DNA from: Anaerolineales bacterium
GTDB lineage: Bacteria > Chloroflexota > Anaerolineae > Anaerolineales > Villigracilaceae
Direction of reading: 5' to 3'
Length of the DNA stretch: 64,000 nt
NCBI GenBank assembly: GCA_036385495.1
Contig: DASVKG010000004.1
Coordinates: 12,085 to 76,084 of the forward strand
Of the stretch, positions 1 to 9,145 are shown piece by piece. The translations under genes and the position numbers were made by a program. The notes under the pieces were generated by a model that was given only the letters and a program-made list of their open reading frames with translations, did no database searches and had not been told where the DNA came from. Each line of letters starts with the position of its first letter. Positions within the stretch are counted from its first letter, which is position 1.

Positions 1-980
1 CTATTCGTCCAAGGATCGGGGGTCGGACACCCAGGCATAAATGAGACCTCGTTGCTAATATGGGTAATATCAGCCGCACGGAGGACCGTGCGAACCTCTT
101 CACCCGGGTACAAAACACCGTGAAGTTCCATCCGGTCGGCAGTGGCGCGCACCAGTGCGGTGGTGCCAGTCATTGCCAAAACGGTCAGCTTGCCAGGGTC
201 GCGGTTGGAAGGAAGAAGCTGAAAGGGGGCCAGATTCAAACTGAAATTGATCTTCAGAGGATATGATTCTGCGTTGAAATCATTATGGACAGGGGACTGA
301 CCATCCACGCTGAGAACCTTCCAGCGGGGTTCCAGCAATTCGAATGGGATAATCGCCCAGGCCGGACGATCTGCCCAGGCAGAGTTTACCAATTGGTCTG
401 CGGGGACCAATTGCACGGACCCAGCTGCCGGTGCGCCCCAAACAGCGCTGAACGCAGCCAAGGTTGATTCACTCATCCATAAAGGGCGGCCGGAGAAGGG
501 CCCAGTGTTTGATCCGCCCCAGGCATTTTGGATATCTGACAAGGAGACACTGTCCGTAATGGTCGGGAATGGCGCAACGAGAGCATAAATCCAGACCACG
601 GATTGGGCATCTGATGACAGTGAAACATCCAGACGGACAGTTGCACCAACTGAGTCACTTGCCAAGGGAAGACCGAATCCCAGCGCAAATTGGCGCAATA
701 CATCCGGGACAGCCGGGGAAATCCAAAGATTTGTCGCAACGGAGGTTTGCGCAGGTTCACCAGGGATTTGTATGGCAGTGACGGTCGGAGGCGCAAGATA
801 GCCTTCTGGCTGGAATGGAGTGGGGGTAGCCGTTCCTGCCACGGCAAGCGGAGAAGAAGTATCGACAGGCCCACCGGGAGCGGGTCCCAGTAATCCACAA
901 GCAGCCAATATGAGTGAACAGGCAAAAGCGGACAAACGCCAAAACTTGCGCTCAATCCCCAAAATGTGCCTCTGTCTCAC
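1..980 (-). CDS. CapA/PGA_cap-like lipoprotein (C-terminal part lies beyond window start)
   Basis: This frame is absent from the ORF track because no stop is reached before position 1. Hand translation shows it open from 986 down to 1, directly after the stop (987-989) of the upstream gene. GTG at 978-980 is preceded by GGAG; TTG 960-962 is an alternative start. The N-terminus RKFWRLSAFACSLILAACG is a signal peptide plus lipobox. The later stretch KLTVLAMTGTTALVRATADRMELHGVLYPGEEVRTVLRAADITHISNEVSF resembles CapA-family proteins (from memory). Confidence 0.55.
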   Translation of the reverse strand, partial: MRQRHILGIERKFWRLSAFACSLILAACGLLGPAPGGPVDTSSPLAVAGTATPTPFQPEGYLAPPTVTAIQIPGEPAQTSVATNLWISPAVPDVLRQFALGFGLPLASDSVGATVRLDVSLSSDAQSVVWIYALVAPFPTITDSVSLSDIQNAWGGSNTGPFSGRPLWMSESTLAAFSAVWGAPAAGSVQLVPADQLVNSAWADRPAWAIIPFELLEPRWKVLSVDGQSPVHNDFNAESYPLKINFSLNLAPFQLLPSNRDPGKLTVLAMTGTTALVRATADRMELHGVLYPGEEVRTVLRAADITHISNEVSFMPGCPTPDPWTN

Positions 981-986
981 TCCACT

Positions 987-2099
987 TTACTCCGCTTCCA
1001 TTTGTAATTCCGCCATCGTAAATTTCTTCAGAGCGTCTAGATCCAGAGTCACGCCCAGACCGGGGCCAGTGGGTACGTCAATTGTACTGTCAGGGTTAAG
1101 GAAAAACCTCTCGCGGGTAATATCTTCGGCATAGTAACGGCTTGAAGCCGAAATGTCAGCCGGCAAGACAAATCCGGGCAGGGATGCCAAAGCCAGGTTT
1201 GAGGCGCGCCCCACCCCCGTCTCAAGCATGCCCCCGCACCAAACCGGGACGCCACGCTGCCGGCACAAATCATGAATTGCAACTCCCTGGCTTAGCCCAC
1301 CAACCCTCCCGGCCTTTATATTAATAATTTTACAGGCTTCCATTTCCAAAGCATAACGCGCATGGCGAGGCGAAACGATGCTCTCATCTAAACAAATCGG
1401 TGTGCGCAATTCCTTCTGCAGTTTACGATGATCCCATATGTCGTCCTCGTATAGCGGCTGTTCTATAAGCAACAGGTCTAAAAGATCCAAAGGTTTCAAG
1501 ACCTCCCAAGTGGCTAATGTGTATGCTGAATTAGCGTCCACCTGGAGTTTTATGGTGGGGAATGCTGCGCGGACGGCTGCAGCGTCGCCCACATCCCTGC
1601 CAGGTTTGATTTTTATTTTAATGCGCCCATATCCAGCCGCGAGGTATTTCTCGACAGTTTTGACCAGTTCCTCGGGGGAGGACTGTAACCCCACCGATAC
1701 CCCAACATGTACACGATCCTGTACCCCGCCCAACATTTCCCTCAATGAACGCGCCTCGAGCTTGCCACGCAAATCCCACAGGGCCATCTCCACGCCAGCT
1801 TTTGCCAAATGATGCCCGCGGATATGCTCCACGCGGACCTGAAAGTCAGCCACGTCCGTAATATTCTGACCAAGCAGAAGCGGAGCGATAAATTCCTTCA
1901 AAATATGCCAGGCAGTACCGGTTGTTTCATAGGAATAACCCGGATCCCGGTCAGCCACACATTCTCCAAACCCGGTTAAACCCTCGGAGTGGAGAGAGAC
2001 CAGTATACACTCGCGATCAATTGTCCGCCCAAAGGATGTCTCAAATGGAGCTACAAGGGGCATTCGCAGATGGTGGAGAGTAAGGGAGTCGAGGTTCAT
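987..2099 (-). CDS. menC: Enolase-superfamily enzyme, o-succinylbenzoate synthase / N-acylamino-acid racemase type
   Basis: 370-aa ORF carrying the MR/MLE-type catalytic signature in order: KIKIKPG (KxK), QVDANSAY, LIEQPL, CLDES, IKAGRVGG. Confidence 0.75.
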   Translation of the reverse strand: MNLDSLTLHHLRMPLVAPFETSFGRTIDRECILVSLHSEGLTGFGECVADRDPGYSYETTGTAWHILKEFIAPLLLGQNITDVADFQVRVEHIRGHHLAKAGVEMALWDLRGKLEARSLREMLGGVQDRVHVGVSVGLQSSPEELVKTVEKYLAAGYGRIKIKIKPGRDVGDAAAVRAAFPTIKLQVDANSAYTLATWEVLKPLDLLDLLLIEQPLYEDDIWDHRKLQKELRTPICLDESIVSPRHARYALEMEACKIINIKAGRVGGLSQGVAIHDLCRQRGVPVWCGGMLETGVGRASNLALASLPGFVLPADISASSRYYAEDITRERFFLNPDSTIDVPTGPGLGVTLDLDALKKFTMAELQMEAE

Positions 2100-2323
2100 T
2101 TTTTTTCTTTACAAGCTCACCGAAGTCGGTTTCAAGGTTCTCTTGCATTATCATCGAAAGATTATCCAATTATAGTGCACTGCAGTGAAATACTAGCTTT
2201 GGAACATAAGGTATTTTGGGAATTCCCGGCATAAAAAAGATGGAGGTATTGAGAGCACAAATTCCGACCAACATTCTATATTTCCCCAGACTTGAAATTA
2301 AAAAATTCCGAAATGGTTCGAGT

Positions 2324-2364
2324 GTTAAAACAAAAATGGTACTCTGTTTTTCAGAGTACCATTT
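2324..2364 (-). terminator. Intrinsic terminator after the Flp pilin gene
   Basis: 13-bp perfect stem AAATGGTACTCTG / CAGAGTACCATTT (2334-2364) with a 5-nt loop. On the minus strand it is followed by TTTTTGTTTT. Confidence 0.7.
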
Positions 2365-2379
2365 CACCTGAAAGTGATA

Positions 2380-2541
2380 TTAGGCACCACTACCCTTGAG
2401 GGTATTATTAATCTTGCTGAAGACGTTGCCGATGACTGGGCCGAGGATCAACAATACAGCAATTACAACGACAGCAACCAAAACAAGGATCAACGCATAC
2501 TCGACCAGGCCCTGGCCTTTTTCTTTAGGGGCGAATAACAT
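2380..2541 (-). CDS. flp: Flp-family type IVb pilin (53 aa, below the ORF-track cutoff)
   Basis: Hand translation gives MLFAPKEKGQGLVEYALILVLVAVVVIAVLLILGPVIGNVFSKINNTLKGSGA. It has the class III signal peptide motif G/xxxxEY followed by a hydrophobic helix. A strong SD (GGAGGTGA) lies 5-6 nt upstream of the ATG. Confidence 0.8.
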   Translation of the reverse strand: MLFAPKEKGQGLVEYALILVLVAVVVIAVLLILGPVIGNVFSKINNTLKGSGA

Positions 2542-2655
2542 GGGATTTCACCTCCTTTCCTTTTTGGATTTCTAAGATTGCCATCTCTGAGATATTGGTA
2601 TTATATTCCAGTTCAATACGGGAAACGTGAATTTTTCATTACAAGAACTTAACAG

Positions 2656-3708
2656 TTATTTTATGTCAAACTGAACTGGGATAGACAAAGTAACACGCGC
2701 TCCTTTGCCGGGAGAACTATTTAATTCGAACGTCCCGCCAAGCATCTCGGTGCGTTCTTTAATTAATTTCAAACCTAAATTTTCTTCCTTGCCCAGGGCA
2801 TCTGTATCAAAGCCTTTGCCATTATCATCCATAAATAATTTGACAAGAGTGTCACCCATATCCAACTGGATTTTAACCAGGGTTGCCTGGTTCTGATCAA
2901 CAGCATTGCTCAACAATTCCTGCATGGCCCGGAAGACCATCACTTCAACATAAGACTCCATCCGACGTTCGCTGCTGCCAGTGACAGTCACACTCACTTC
3001 CACCCCGGCCTGTTCTTTGAACATATCGGCGTAACGGACAATAGTCGGAGACAAACCTAAATCGTCAAGCATCATGGGGCGGAGTTCAAAAATGAAATTG
3101 CGCACTTTTTGGAATGTGCTCATCGCAGCAACTTTAAGATTGCCGAGTTCGCTGCGCGCTTGGGCGGCATCGATATCGAACAACTTCAATGCAATTTCCG
3201 TTTGAAGGATAAAATTTGAAAGCGCCTGGGCAGGACCATCGTGCATCTGGCGCGATAGACGTTGTCGTTCCGCTTCCTGCACATTTACCAACATTTCAAC
3301 GCTGGATGAGCCGCTCCTGTCACCCTTCCCACCCTTGGCACCTCCAATGCTTACCGCACTCTTCAGGCGTTCCAACATACCAGCATAGCGTTCGAGATGA
3401 GCCTGATCGCCCTGCAGTTTTTCCAACTGTCCACGCATCACGAATAAACGCTGCTGCGTTTCCATGGCAGTATCGTAAACTGTGCGAACCTCTTCGCTGG
3501 AAATTTTGCCAATTTGAACCTGAATCTGCTGCAAATTTGCTGTTACAGCAGTATTACGTTGGGTCAGCTTGCCGACCTCGACGCGGCTCTGTTCCAACAT
3601 CAAGGTAATTTCCTTTAAAGCGCGATTAGTCTCTTCCATCTCCGACTGTATTAAATCATGAGGATCTTCAGTAGATGCAGACGTTTGGGTTAATTCGGGC
3701 AATGACAT
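2656..3708 (-). CDS. Cytoplasmic sensor histidine kinase, HisKA_3 / DegS-LiaS type
   Basis: The N-terminal half is coiled-coil with no TM segment. H-box LSRQMHDGPAQAL. HATPase_c motifs ELLSNAVD, DDNGKGFD and GLKLIKERTEMLGGTF. The SD lies inside the end of the upstream response-regulator gene. Confidence 0.85.
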   Translation of the reverse strand: MSLPELTQTSASTEDPHDLIQSEMEETNRALKEITLMLEQSRVEVGKLTQRNTAVTANLQQIQVQIGKISSEEVRTVYDTAMETQQRLFVMRGQLEKLQGDQAHLERYAGMLERLKSAVSIGGAKGGKGDRSGSSSVEMLVNVQEAERQRLSRQMHDGPAQALSNFILQTEIALKLFDIDAAQARSELGNLKVAAMSTFQKVRNFIFELRPMMLDDLGLSPTIVRYADMFKEQAGVEVSVTVTGSSERRMESYVEVMVFRAMQELLSNAVDQNQATLVKIQLDMGDTLVKLFMDDNGKGFDTDALGKEENLGLKLIKERTEMLGGTFELNSSPGKGARVTLSIPVQFDIK

Positions 3709-3711
3709 AGT

Positions 3712-4407
3712 TCACTCCTGCGAGACTTTATCATTTAGCTTTACCCATCCTCGTTTGAGGGCAAAGACAACAGCTTGCGTGCGATCCTCCACGCCAAACT
3801 TGCGCAGAATTGATGTTATATGATTTTTTACTGTCTGGTGGCTAATGCCCAGCAAGGAAGCAATTTCCTTATTACTCATTCCTTTTACTACACAGGTAAG
3901 TACCTCGGTTTCGCGTTCCGATAGCGGTTGGAAAGGGCTGCCCGGCTCACTGTATAGGTTCCGTGCTCCCCCCATCTCATTATCCAGCCAGCGGTCCAAC
4001 TCTTTTTGATTAAAAACGTGATTTTCAACGACGAACTTCCCGTTGACAACTTCATAAATGGTTTGGACAAGCCGGGCAGGATCTATGTCCTTGGCGCAAT
4101 ATGCTGCCGCGCCAGCAGCGGCCGCATGGACAATTTGTTCATGGTCGTCATAGGCGGTCAATAACACAACCCGGGTTGAGAGTTTTTCTTGAACAACCTG
4201 ATGGGTAACTTGCTGTCCGTTTATTCCGGGTAGGCTAATATCAACCACAGCGATAAGCGGGTGCAGGGACCGAATCATCTTCAATGCATCTTCACCGTTC
4301 GCTGCTTGTCCAACAATTTTGAATCCAGGCTCAAGGGAAAGCGTGTCGATAACCCCCTGCCGGAATAATTGGTGATCATCTACAACGACAATTGTGATTT
4401 CTTCCAT
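3712..4407 (-). CDS. Response regulator, NarL/LuxR (DegU-like) family
   Basis: REC domain (VVVDDHQLF ... DISLPG) plus a C-terminal LuxR HTH (LSERETEVLTCVVKGMSNKEIA). Start moved to the internal MEEITIVVVDD (ATG 4407); the track start at 4458 adds 17 non-REC residues. Confidence 0.85.
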   Translation of the reverse strand: MEEITIVVVDDHQLFRQGVIDTLSLEPGFKIVGQAANGEDALKMIRSLHPLIAVVDISLPGINGQQVTHQVVQEKLSTRVVLLTAYDDHEQIVHAAAAGAAAYCAKDIDPARLVQTIYEVVNGKFVVENHVFNQKELDRWLDNEMGGARNLYSEPGSPFQPLSERETEVLTCVVKGMSNKEIASLLGISHQTVKNHITSILRKFGVEDRTQAVVFALKRGWVKLNDKVSQE

Positions 4408-4535
4408 TTCATTCCTGCCGTGAATAAGGCTATCCAGAGTATAGCACAGGTCAACCAAGCCGACAATTTAAGGTAGTCAGGATCTGTCAAAATGCTGGGG
4501 AAGAAATTTGCAAAGACCAAAATGAAAGGAGCGTT

Positions 4536-5996
4536 TCACGGACCTGGCCAGCGGTACACCACCATGTTCGTCCCTCCCTGAGCCAGCGTATAGGGAGCTC
4601 CACTAGAATAAACCGGTTGGAGACCTGAAGTCAGGAGAGGATAAAAATCCGGAAAGGCAATCAGGTATTTCACTCCTTTGGAGTCCAAATAATGTGCCAA
4701 TTCGGTCTCGTTCCGAAGAAAAGGAATGACTTCCGGCGATATTAAGCCAGCCGTATCCACTAATTTATGATTTCCAAAATAACCGAGAGCACCGACATCA
4801 TGGGCAGCTAATAATGCATCATCTGGAAGATGTACTGCCACCCATTTAGCCGTGTCCACCATCTCGGATTCTATAAAGCGAACATCCTCACTATAAGATT
4901 GCATTCCCAAAAACCAGAAGCTAATACAAACCAGGATAAGAGCTATTCCCCAGGCAGTTTTGATAAACCACCATAGGCGTTCCTGCATTTTCCCATCCAG
5001 GTAATATTGATAAAATCCGATCAGCCCAATAAAGAAATAGATTGGCATCACAGGCATAAGGTAGCGGCCATGCTGGTAAGCCGGCAGACGGAGCAAGTAA
5101 ATCCCAAGATAGCCTATCACCCATAGAATCGCTGAAATATAGCCCCATTTTCTGTTCCTTATGGCCCATCGGGCAGTGATAATCACCCCCGGTAAAAGTA
5201 TGATCCCAGGACCCGTTATCATCTGCAATACCAACTCACCCAGCCGCATAAATATGGAACTTGCCTGCCAGTTAGCATATTCCGCCTGCTTGGCATAAAA
5301 TGTTGTGGGCAAAGCAGTATCGGCCAAGGCCAAATTAAACAGCAAGTAAGGAAAAAAGAAAATGCCAAACCCAAATAACGCTAAAAATATGGCGCGAGTC
5401 CTAATTTTCCAGGACGGTTGAGAAAAAAGAGCAGTGAATATTATCGGGCCAAGGAGAGTAATACCGTCAGGACGCACCCATACGCTTATGCCCGCCAAAG
5501 CACCCAACAACAACCAGTTGGAGGATTTTTTTATCAAAGATACCAACAAGATAAATGCTATCAAAGCATGTAATAACGTCTCCATCCCCGAAACTGACGC
5601 CCAGACCAAATGCCATTCTAGGGCGACCAATAATCCCACCCATGGAATAAAACCACGATACTCCTGGACCAAGTATCGCATATTTGATTCAGCGCAAACT
5701 GCCAGGCCAAAAAGTAACAGACCGCCAAGGAAGTAAGTCCAAATATAGGGGGAAACATTCAACCAGAATCCAATCGCCAGGAGGGCTGACCAAAGTGGTG
5801 CAGTGGAACCACCCGACGGTTGGCCGGGGATAAAAGACCATTCCGCGCGCAATGCCAGATTGCGAGCGAAAGTTTGATGGATCCACGAATCATCCAACGG
5901 GAATCCGATGCGATAAGAGATCGCACTGTAAGCGAGATAAGAGCAGGAACTTACAATGGCTGCAAGAACAAGAATTAGCCAGGTCCGCCAACCCAT
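4536..5996 (-). CDS. Polytopic membrane protein, GT-C-fold glycosyltransferase-like (first-loop FPLDDSWIH motif)
   Basis: About 12 predicted TM helices and an acidic DD motif in the first loop, as in ArnT/PMT-like enzymes. Start set to MGWRTW (ATG 5996), 7 nt after the upstream stop (6004-6006). The track start at 6110 would overlap the upstream gene by about 100 nt. Confidence 0.55.
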   Translation of the reverse strand: MGWRTWLILVLAAIVSSCSYLAYSAISYRIGFPLDDSWIHQTFARNLALRAEWSFIPGQPSGGSTAPLWSALLAIGFWLNVSPYIWTYFLGGLLLFGLAVCAESNMRYLVQEYRGFIPWVGLLVALEWHLVWASVSGMETLLHALIAFILLVSLIKKSSNWLLLGALAGISVWVRPDGITLLGPIIFTALFSQPSWKIRTRAIFLALFGFGIFFFPYLLFNLALADTALPTTFYAKQAEYANWQASSIFMRLGELVLQMITGPGIILLPGVIITARWAIRNRKWGYISAILWVIGYLGIYLLRLPAYQHGRYLMPVMPIYFFIGLIGFYQYYLDGKMQERLWWFIKTAWGIALILVCISFWFLGMQSYSEDVRFIESEMVDTAKWVAVHLPDDALLAAHDVGALGYFGNHKLVDTAGLISPEVIPFLRNETELAHYLDSKGVKYLIAFPDFYPLLTSGLQPVYSSGAPYTLAQGGTNMVVYRWPGP

Positions 5997-6003
5997 CAAC
6001 TTG

Positions 6004-7602
6004 CTATCTTGATGTGTTGATATGGAGAATAATGCTTTCATCAAGCGCTCCCAGGTATTTAAAGGCAGGATACTGTTCGGGATGGGTGTATAAATTTGCA
6101 AAATCTTCAAATGCCCCGTCGCGTTCCAGGACCAGATAACTTACATCGAATTTCCGTGCCACATTCAGGATCGAATTTACGTCTCCATAAGGGACAACGA
6201 CAGCCCGGCGTCCTGTCATAATAAAATAAGCCGGCGGGTTGCGCGTCATGATAATTTCATCAGGCCGGGCACCCTGCTCCACAAGAAATTGATCCACCGT
6301 GCGGTAAAGATACTCTCCTTCATTCCAACCTTTGTCGATTACACGAATCTTAACCAGCATACCGCTGAAAATAATCGCAACGACAGCAAGAGAAAACCGG
6401 AAAAGGGGTGCAATTTGAGGAAATGATTTATTGTTTTTCAGCAAGCGCACCAACAGGGCTTCAAAACCGACCGGGATTAGAGCGAACCATAACGCCTGGA
6501 ATGCCGTCCCGGCATGAAAGAATCCACCATTTACGCTGGCAAAGGGAAACAAAAGACTCTCGATTATTAACAATAGAAACCATCCGAACACTCCCACCTG
6601 AACACGAAACATGCGCCGACAACTGTAAATCCCGATCACTGCAAGGGGAAATAAAACAAGCATTCCTTGAGCAAAAATGGAGGTCAAGAAGTTCTGCAGA
6701 ATGGCTTCCCCCCGCACCTTTACCGCTACCTGCCACCCGGATGCAATCCAGGTTTGAAACGTGTAAATCTCAGGGGTGAAGGAAAAAATCTGATTGTAAC
6801 TCGTCATCCAAAGCAAATAACTGCTGCCTGGAGGTAACAATGAACCGAATACAGACAGATTTCGAATCATCCAGCCCCCCATCACGAGCAGATACCCTAA
6901 AAGACATAAAATACCGTTCCCGATAGAATTAAGGATTCGGGTCCGGACTGAAGCAGAGGGGGACTGGCGGTAGGTCATCACCAACACAACCAGAAGCGTA
7001 AGTGGCAGCCAGAGCAATCCGTCGCCACGTGCCAGGTTGAGGATACCTGCCAACAAACCAAGCACCGCCGCTTTTGGTAAAGACAATCGTTCAAGGATAA
7101 GGAAATAAATTGCGCCAATAAGCAGGTAGAGACCGTAATTATCAGTCGTGGCGACAAATGGAAGGTAATACCCGGAAAAAACTGCCAGAATGCCGGAAAG
7201 CAGCGCCAAAGGACGCCGCTTCGTAATACGGTAAGCGAGCATCATGGTAACCAATGGCGCCAGCGATGCCATTATTACAAAGCCAAGGCGCGCTGAAATA
7301 AAATTGATGGTACCGGTTAAGACCATTCCTCCAGCAGCAATAATCGAGGCCAATGGATACCAGTACGCATTAGAAGGATGGGGTAAACCCTGTGGGTGGT
7401 CCAGATAATTCCAGATAAATGGCTCCTGGAAGCCTACCCCCGCGGCCAACTGCGTACCGTCCGCATAGTAATAGGCTGCGTCCATATATCCGGGTACGGG
7501 CTGAAGTACGGCAACAGCCAGAGGGACAATTAACGCTACGATTAAAAGAACCCAGTAATCGCGACGCTTCAACACTGACTCAGGGCTGGACAATGAAAAC
7601 AT
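6004..7602 (-). CDS. Polytopic membrane protein, GT-C/PMT_2-like glycosyltransferase (paralog A)
   Basis: N-terminal loop PGYMDAAYYYADGTQL...WNYLDHPQGLPHPSNAYWYPLAS and C-terminal soluble tail NPPAYF...YLVLE. Clearly paralogous to 7580-9145. Start is uncertain: ATG 7602 or 7623, or GTG 7575 just after the upstream stop. Confidence 0.6.
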   Translation of the reverse strand: MFSLSSPESVLKRRDYWVLLIVALIVPLAVAVLQPVPGYMDAAYYYADGTQLAAGVGFQEPFIWNYLDHPQGLPHPSNAYWYPLASIIAAGGMVLTGTINFISARLGFVIMASLAPLVTMMLAYRITKRRPLALLSGILAVFSGYYLPFVATTDNYGLYLLIGAIYFLILERLSLPKAAVLGLLAGILNLARGDGLLWLPLTLLVVLVMTYRQSPSASVRTRILNSIGNGILCLLGYLLVMGGWMIRNLSVFGSLLPPGSSYLLWMTSYNQIFSFTPEIYTFQTWIASGWQVAVKVRGEAILQNFLTSIFAQGMLVLFPLAVIGIYSCRRMFRVQVGVFGWFLLLIIESLLFPFASVNGGFFHAGTAFQALWFALIPVGFEALLVRLLKNNKSFPQIAPLFRFSLAVVAIIFSGMLVKIRVIDKGWNEGEYLYRTVDQFLVEQGARPDEIIMTRNPPAYFIMTGRRAVVVPYGDVNSILNVARKFDVSYLVLERDGAFEDFANLYTHPEQYPAFKYLGALDESIILHINTSR

Positions 7603-9145
7603 GCGCCGCCTCCACCTCACCAAGATAATCCAAACCCGCCCATCCCTGTGGATTCTCGTAGACCGGTGTTAAACCGCCCGGCGTGCTCTCTTTTTCCAAA
7701 ATCAGGTATTGTGCTCCATAACGGTGTGCCACACCTAAAAGAGTTCCCAAGTCTCCATCCGGGACTGCAATCGCAGGATTTCCGGAGGCAAGATAAAACC
7801 CGGGTGGATTGGCAACCATGACGATCGAATGGTCAGTCATCCCTTCTGAAATCATAAATGTATTTATATGGTTATACGCTATATCTTCCCGTCCCCAAAG
7901 CTGGCTGCCGCCCCCGCCCATGACACGCCCGTAGATAATGACCGCCGACAGAAGGGTAACGACAACTACCAGCCCAAGCTGGAAAATTTTTCCTGACCGG
8001 ACAATATTCCAGCCGCGCATCCGGCTACCCCAGCCAATGAAGCGGTCTAGGCCCAAAGGCGCAAGTACCCACCAAACTGTCTGCACTGAGGCACCGGAGT
8101 GAAAAAAGCCGCCACGCGCCCCCGCAAATGGAAAGACCAAGGTCATGGCGGCAAGAGTTCCCAGCCAAGCAAGACCAGCCAACTGCACGCGCCGATCTTT
8201 TCGCAATTGCCAGAGACCAAGCCCAATCAGCGGGAGCAGGATTACTTCCCCCTGCACCGATAGGATATTGGAAAGGTTGAGACCCAACGCCCAAACTCGG
8301 GCTCTGAATATCGCCAAAAGACCAGACTGCCACCAGGCTGAAAACGTAATGTCACTGGCCGGGTAACCAAATAATTGGTCATATGAAGTAAGCCAAAGCA
8401 ATTTTAAGCCACCGGGAGCCAGTGGAGTGCCAAAGGCAGCGTAGTTACGGATAAACCAGGGAGTCATGACCAACAGGTAACCAGCTACGGTTAGTAACAA
8501 AAAGGTGAAAATATAATTAAAGCGGTGGTGGGAAGGTTTGGGCCAAACAATAAGAACAGCCAGAATGGCAATTAGCAACCAGAGCAAGCCATCAGCGCGA
8601 GTCAAATGCATCAGGCCAGCCAGCAAGCCGAGGAGTAAAGGGTTGAGGGGGGAGGATTTACGATTAAGGACGAGAAAAAATAAGCCTCCAAAAAGTATGT
8701 ACAAGCCGAAGGTGTCAGTAACTGGTAAAAAAGGCAGGTAAAAGGCAGGGAAAACCGCCAGCAAACCTGAGATGAGAGCCAAGTCACGGCGGGAAGAAAA
8801 GGACCACGCCAAGGCAGCAGTCAAAGGCGGGATAAGAGCAGCGACCAGAAGAAAACCGGCTCGCGCGGCGAACCAGGATGAGGGTCCGAAGAGAGCTGCA
8901 CCGGCAGCAGCGAGGAGGGATGCCATCGGCATCCAGTAGGCATGGGACGGATGAGGCAATCCGGATGGATCGTCCAGATAATTCCAAAGATAACTTTCGG
9001 TGAAGCCATGACCGTTGACTAATTGCAGGCCCCCTGCATAGTAATAGTCCGCATCCATATAACCAGGCGAAGGCTGATAGGCTGCGACAGAAGTCGCAGC
9101 AGCCAGACCCAGCAGAGCCAGGAGCAGAGTCAACCGCCATGTCAT
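7580..9145 (-). CDS. Polytopic membrane protein, GT-C/PMT_2-like glycosyltransferase (paralog B)
   Basis: PGYMDADYYYAGGLQL...WNYLDDPSGLPHPSHAYWMPMAS, matching paralog A. Start set to MTWRL (ATG 9145), which overlaps the upstream stop as ATGA. The track start at 9343 would overlap the upstream gene by 200 nt. Confidence 0.6.
   Translation of the reverse strand: MTWRLTLLLALLGLAAATSVAAYQPSPGYMDADYYYAGGLQLVNGHGFTESYLWNYLDDPSGLPHPSHAYWMPMASLLAAAGAALFGPSSWFAARAGFLLVAALIPPLTAALAWSFSSRRDLALISGLLAVFPAFYLPFLPVTDTFGLYILFGGLFFLVLNRKSSPLNPLLLGLLAGLMHLTRADGLLWLLIAILAVLIVWPKPSHHRFNYIFTFLLLTVAGYLLVMTPWFIRNYAAFGTPLAPGGLKLLWLTSYDQLFGYPASDITFSAWWQSGLLAIFRARVWALGLNLSNILSVQGEVILLPLIGLGLWQLRKDRRVQLAGLAWLGTLAAMTLVFPFAGARGGFFHSGASVQTVWWVLAPLGLDRFIGWGSRMRGWNIVRSGKIFQLGLVVVVTLLSAVIIYGRVMGGGGSQLWGREDIAYNHINTFMISEGMTDHSIVMVANPPGFYLASGNPAIAVPDGDLGTLLGVAHRYGAQYLILEKESTPGGLTPVYENPQGWAGLDYLGEVEAAHVFIVQP

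Noticed and set aside
60-1134. Seven track ORFs at the left edge (60-266, 285-467, 473-955, 569-781, 690-893, 757-942, 820-1134).
   Set aside because: All overlap a longer, coherent minus-strand lipoprotein frame that runs off the window. They have no SD and an Arg/Pro/Ser-rich off-frame composition.
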